Position numbers and translations under genes: made by a program. From NCBI GenBank assembly GCA_017447445.1, contig JAFSNK010000019.1:10079-74078 (forward strand): a stretch of DNA of 64,000 nucleotides, written 5' to 3'. Of this stretch, positions 60,964-64,000 are shown one piece after another (position 1 is the stretch's first letter; each line of letters begins with the position of its first letter). This DNA comes from Clostridia bacterium. Lineage in GTDB: Bacteria; Bacillota; Clostridia; Oscillospirales; CAG-382. The notes under the pieces were generated by a model. The model was not told the DNA's origin. It was given only the letters and a program-made list of their open reading frames with translations, and made no database searches.

Positions 60964-61892
60964 TTCTTTTCACCCTTGATCTTTTTCATACGCACGTCGC
61001 TCCCCGTGAACTGCAAAACGCGGAATTCGCCCAGCAGGCGGGAAAAAACCCTGTCGCCGTAAGTCTTGCGCAAGGCGGGTAGCGTGAGGTTGGTGCTTAT
61101 AACGGTCTGCAGGCCGGTCACCATACGCAGGTCGATAAGATTTGCGATGGTCGCGACGCTGTAATTAGTCTGGCATTCCGCGCCGAGATCGTCGATGACC
61201 AGCAGCGCGCATTTTTCGTATTTATCCTTTTCCGCGCGGTCCAGCTTGTTGAAACGTACGCCGTCGATGGTGTCGAATATCTGCTGCGCCGCCTCGTAAA
61301 CGGTGCTGTACCCGCGTGCGGCGACGGCGTTCGCTATCGCGGCGGAAAGGTGAGTTTTGCCCAGCCCGGTGCCGCCGAACAGCAGCAGACCGCAATATTC
61401 CTTTACCGGGAACTGCGCGGCGTATTTTTCGCAGGCGGACTTTATCTCCGCGGTCTTGGCGCGCTCGGTATCGTTATCGCAGTAATCGAGCGTGAAGCTT
61501 TCGAAGGTTTTCCCCGCGAGCCCGCTTGCCAGCTTGCTTTCGGCAAATTTCGATTCGGCAAGCATTTTTTTAACGCAGGCGCAGAGCTTCAACCCTTCGG
61601 CATAGCCGCTGTCGCCGCATATCGGGCATTCGAAAACCGGATCGTCGTAGCCGGGCGCGAACCCGTGCGCGGCAAGCAGGCGGGCGCGCTCTTCGTTAAG
61701 CGTATCGGTCTGAGCGCGCAGCGCTTCCACGTTTTCGCCGTTCAGCGCGCGCAGCGGCATGGCGGAAATCTCCTTGTCTATCTGCGCGATGCGCGGCACG
61801 AGCGCGTGCAGCTCCGCGCGCTTTTCGTCGGCGAGAGTGATCGCGTTCATGCGCTTGTCGGTCTTTATCGCAAATGCTTCGTTAATTTGCAT
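60960..61892 (-). CDS. DnaC/DnaI-like helicase-loader AAA+ ATPase
   Basis: A zinc motif CPICGDSGY, Walker A GGTGLGKTHL and Walker B LLVIDDLGAE. The gene overlaps rnhA by 4 nt. Confidence 0.8.
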   Translation of the reverse strand: MQINEAFAIKTDKRMNAITLADEKRAELHALVPRIAQIDKEISAMPLRALNGENVEALRAQTDTLNEERARLLAAHGFAPGYDDPVFECPICGDSGYAEGLKLCACVKKMLAESKFAESKLASGLAGKTFESFTLDYCDNDTERAKTAEIKSACEKYAAQFPVKEYCGLLLFGGTGLGKTHLSAAIANAVAARGYSTVYEAAQQIFDTIDGVRFNKLDRAEKDKYEKCALLVIDDLGAECQTNYSVATIANLIDLRMVTGLQTVISTNLTLPALRKTYGDRVFSRLLGEFRVLQFTGSDVRMKKIKGEKN

Positions 61893-61905
61893 CGCCCTGC
61901 TCCTT

Positions 61906-62802
61906 TCAGTCTTCGAACCCGCGGTTCATCGCCGCTTCGATGAAATCGTCCCCCGCGAAGCTTGCGCTGCCGTTTTGCTTGCGCGAGGATTCGCCGTTCG
62001 CGACGTCCTTCACGCTCGTATATCCGCATTCGTACCAGCGGCGCAGGATGCTGTTCATATATCCGAACTTGACTTTCGCGGTGGCGTCGACGGTCTTTTC
62101 GTATGCGAGCCGCACCAGCTCGAAAGGCATATGCCATTCGCCGAACCAGGTGTCGAACATCGATTTTTCTTTGGCTGAAAGCTCGCGGTCGCCCAGCCCG
62201 CAAAGCTTGCGAAGCCTGCCGATCTCGGTATTCACCGCGGCGCGGCGGTTAAGGTAGGATTCGAATTTATCGTAGGTGTCGATCCCGTCGTCGTAAAGCC
62301 CCACGGCTTTTTTGAATATGTACTGCAGACTGTTTTTACCCTCGCTGCAGCAAAGCTCGATCACGCCGCAGACCACCGGGGCGGGCATCCCCACGAAGTC
62401 GTAAAGATAAAGAAGCGAGCTGTAATCGTTTTTGGTGAGTATTTTGCCCAGCTTTTCGCCCGCGCAGTCGCACACCATTTGGTAGCCCGCGTCTTTTTCG
62501 CGGCGGTCGGATATCGTCTCGCTGTCGTAATTGCGGTATATCGAAGGGTCCTTGGCGACCTGTTTTTTAACGCTTTCCTCCGCGAATATCCCCGCGCCGC
62601 GCCAGAACGAATAGGCGGATTCCGCCTGCGCGACGGTAATGCCCGTCTCACGCGCGGCGGAGCCGATATCCGATTCCGGGTTCGCGAACATATACAAAAG
62701 CATTCGCAGCTCCTCCGCGCTCGCGGTCTTGATATTATTAAGCGCTTCCCTCGGAACGGTAATAATGCCGTCGGCGGGGGTGGCTATTCTTTTGTCCGGC
62801 AT
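61906..62802 (-). CDS. DnaD-domain replication initiation/primosome protein
   Basis: It has two DnaD-like repeats (SSLLYLYDFVGMPAPVVCGVIELC and FELVRLAYEKTVDATAKVKFGYMNSILRRW) and sits immediately upstream of the loader gene. Confidence 0.75.
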   Translation of the reverse strand: MPDKRIATPADGIITVPREALNNIKTASAEELRMLLYMFANPESDIGSAARETGITVAQAESAYSFWRGAGIFAEESVKKQVAKDPSIYRNYDSETISDRREKDAGYQMVCDCAGEKLGKILTKNDYSSLLYLYDFVGMPAPVVCGVIELCCSEGKNSLQYIFKKAVGLYDDGIDTYDKFESYLNRRAAVNTEIGRLRKLCGLGDRELSAKEKSMFDTWFGEWHMPFELVRLAYEKTVDATAKVKFGYMNSILRRWYECGYTSVKDVANGESSRKQNGSASFAGDDFIEAAMNRGFED

Positions 62803-62815
62803 TTTTTTCGCTCCT

Positions 62816-63271
62816 TTACGACCTGATTATGCTTTTATCGGGCGAGACGGAAAAACGAAGTCTGTTCGTTTCCGCCAGGTTGCCCACTATTTCCACCGTG
62901 TAGTCGATATCCAGCTTGCCTCCCTGCATCGAAAGCGTGTTCGCCAGCTTTTTCGTCTTTATCCGCATCTGTATCGGCATATATTCGGTATCGCAGATGC
63001 AGACGTGCGTCTTGCCGTCGGCGAAAACCATATGAGAATGCAGTTGACCGCCGCGGTTCAAAGCCACCGTGTCGTCGGCGAAAGTGTCGATAGTGGTGGT
63101 CGCGCCGTCCTCTTTTTCGCGGAATTCTATACGGAATCCGTCGCGCGTTTTCCGCATGAACCCGCTTACAAGGTAATCGTCCTTCTGCGGTATCGGTTCC
63201 TTAAAGCCCATATGGGCGAGATCGTTGCAGAGCCGTTCGCTCTGAACGCGTATATCTATCGGTATTTTCAT
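62816..63271 (-). CDS. DUF1934-domain protein (YwiB-like)
   Basis: The beta-rich sequence MKIPIDIRVQS...GFRIEFREKEDG...LNRGGQLHSHMVF matches the usual DUF1934 pattern. I use the internal ATG at 63271. Confidence 0.7.
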   Translation of the reverse strand: MKIPIDIRVQSERLCNDLAHMGFKEPIPQKDDYLVSGFMRKTRDGFRIEFREKEDGATTTIDTFADDTVALNRGGQLHSHMVFADGKTHVCICDTEYMPIQMRIKTKKLANTLSMQGGKLDIDYTVEIVGNLAETNRLRFSVSPDKSIIRS

Positions 63272-63285
63272 TTTAGCAGTCCTTT

Positions 63286-64000
63286 TCAATACGTCTCTAT
63301 GTCCGCTTTCATCACCGGCCCGGCGATATCACGCCCCAGAAACCTCGCGGCGTTCTCGCGGAAAAGCTCCGGATCGTCGCTGGTGTAAAATCTTATTTTC
63401 CCTCCGCCGGCGCCGGCGAGCCCGCGTTCCAGCAGAAGCGCGCGCATCTCCCCGGCGGATTCGCTGCCGGAGCTTATAAGCTCGGAGCCCGGCAGGTGTT
63501 TTTGTATCACTCCGGAAAGCAGCGGATAGTGCGTGCAGCCGAGTATGACCGCCGCGGGCGCCGCCTTCGCCACGCCGCCTAAATATTCTTCGGCGACGGC
63601 GTTCGCCGCCGCGTCGTCCGCCGTGGGGTGCCAGCTTTCGGCAAGCGGGACGAACATCGGGCAGGCGCGGGAAACGACGTTTTCGCATCCGAGCCGTTTA
63701 AGCTCGCGCTCGTAGGCGCCGCTTCGCACCGTCGCCGCCGTGCCGAGCACAGCCACGGTGCCGTTCGCCCCCGCGATCTTCGCCGCCTTTTTCGCCGCGG
63801 CGTTTATAACTCCCACCACGGGGAGCCCGCTTTCCGCGCCGACTTCGGCAAGGCAGTTGGAGCTCACCGTCCCGCAGGCGACGAGTATCGCCTTCACGCC
63901 GAGCGAAAGCAGGAAGCGCGTGTCCTGCAGCGCGAATTTTTTAATTATTCCCGGCGATTTCGTGCCGTAGGGAATGCGCGCGTTGTCGCCGAAGTAAACT
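63286..64000 (-). CDS. murI: glutamate racemase (5' end beyond the window)
   Basis: Upstream of the track start, my own translation continues as VYFGDNARIPYGTKSPGIIKKFALQDTRFLLSLGVKAILVACGTVSS. Further on it reads ILGCTHYPLL. Confidence 0.9.
   Translation of the reverse strand, partial: VYFGDNARIPYGTKSPGIIKKFALQDTRFLLSLGVKAILVACGTVSSNCLAEVGAESGLPVVGVINAAAKKAAKIAGANGTVAVLGTAATVRSGAYERELKRLGCENVVSRACPMFVPLAESWHPTADDAAANAVAEEYLGGVAKAAPAAVILGCTHYPLLSGVIQKHLPGSELISSGSESAGEMRALLLERGLAGAGGGKIRFYTSDDPELFRENAARFLGRDIAGPVMKADIETY

Overview
This 64-kb window is a high-GC, Gram-positive chromosome segment. Gene content (pdaA, ricT/ricA, DUF1540, coaW, cohesin/dockerin, GGAGG-type ribosome-binding sites) suggests a sporulating Clostridia / Oscillospiraceae-type organism; that placement is inference only. 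I call about 62 protein genes, one tRNA-Ser(CGA), one T-box leader, several near-consensus sigma-A promoters and a set of hairpin terminators.

Most of the window is core housekeeping:
- Replication and repair: holB-ricT, polA, miaB-ricA-mutS-mutL-tgt, and dnaD-like/dnaC-like/rnhA.
- Translation cluster: rplS-lepB-rbgA-rnhB-yraN-thrC, plus rsmI.
- Other: coaW, trxB, a heterodimeric ABC exporter, and DUF1934-murI.

Accessory or unusual parts:
1. A complete T-box leader with an apparent AUC (Ile) specifier sits in front of a single ORF that fuses HTH, cupin and a medium-chain acyl-CoA synthetase (14.0-16.6 kb). This is my best candidate for new biology.
2. An abrupt low-GC, single-gene islet encodes a repeat-containing lipoprotein (6.3-8.2 kb).
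3. A tightly coupled four-gene operon encodes a GH-like protein, an SDR dehydrogenase, an MBL-fold hydrolase and an enolase-superfamily dehydratase (8.2-12.8 kb).
4. A 390-bp convergent intergenic region is packed with hairpins, a heptamer tandem repeat and an orphan promoter (42.6-43.0 kb).
5. An O-antigen-ligase/TPR membrane protein is translationally coupled to a glycosyltransferase-less PBP (52.0-55.1 kb).
6. A block of poorly characterised genes lies next to tRNA-Ser (56.1-59.5 kb).

I found no CRISPR array, transposase, integrase or recognisable defence system. Many long ORFs in the supplied track are antisense shadow ORFs typical of high-GC DNA, and I rejected them. All calls come from reading the sequence and ORF translations by eye; no searches were run.
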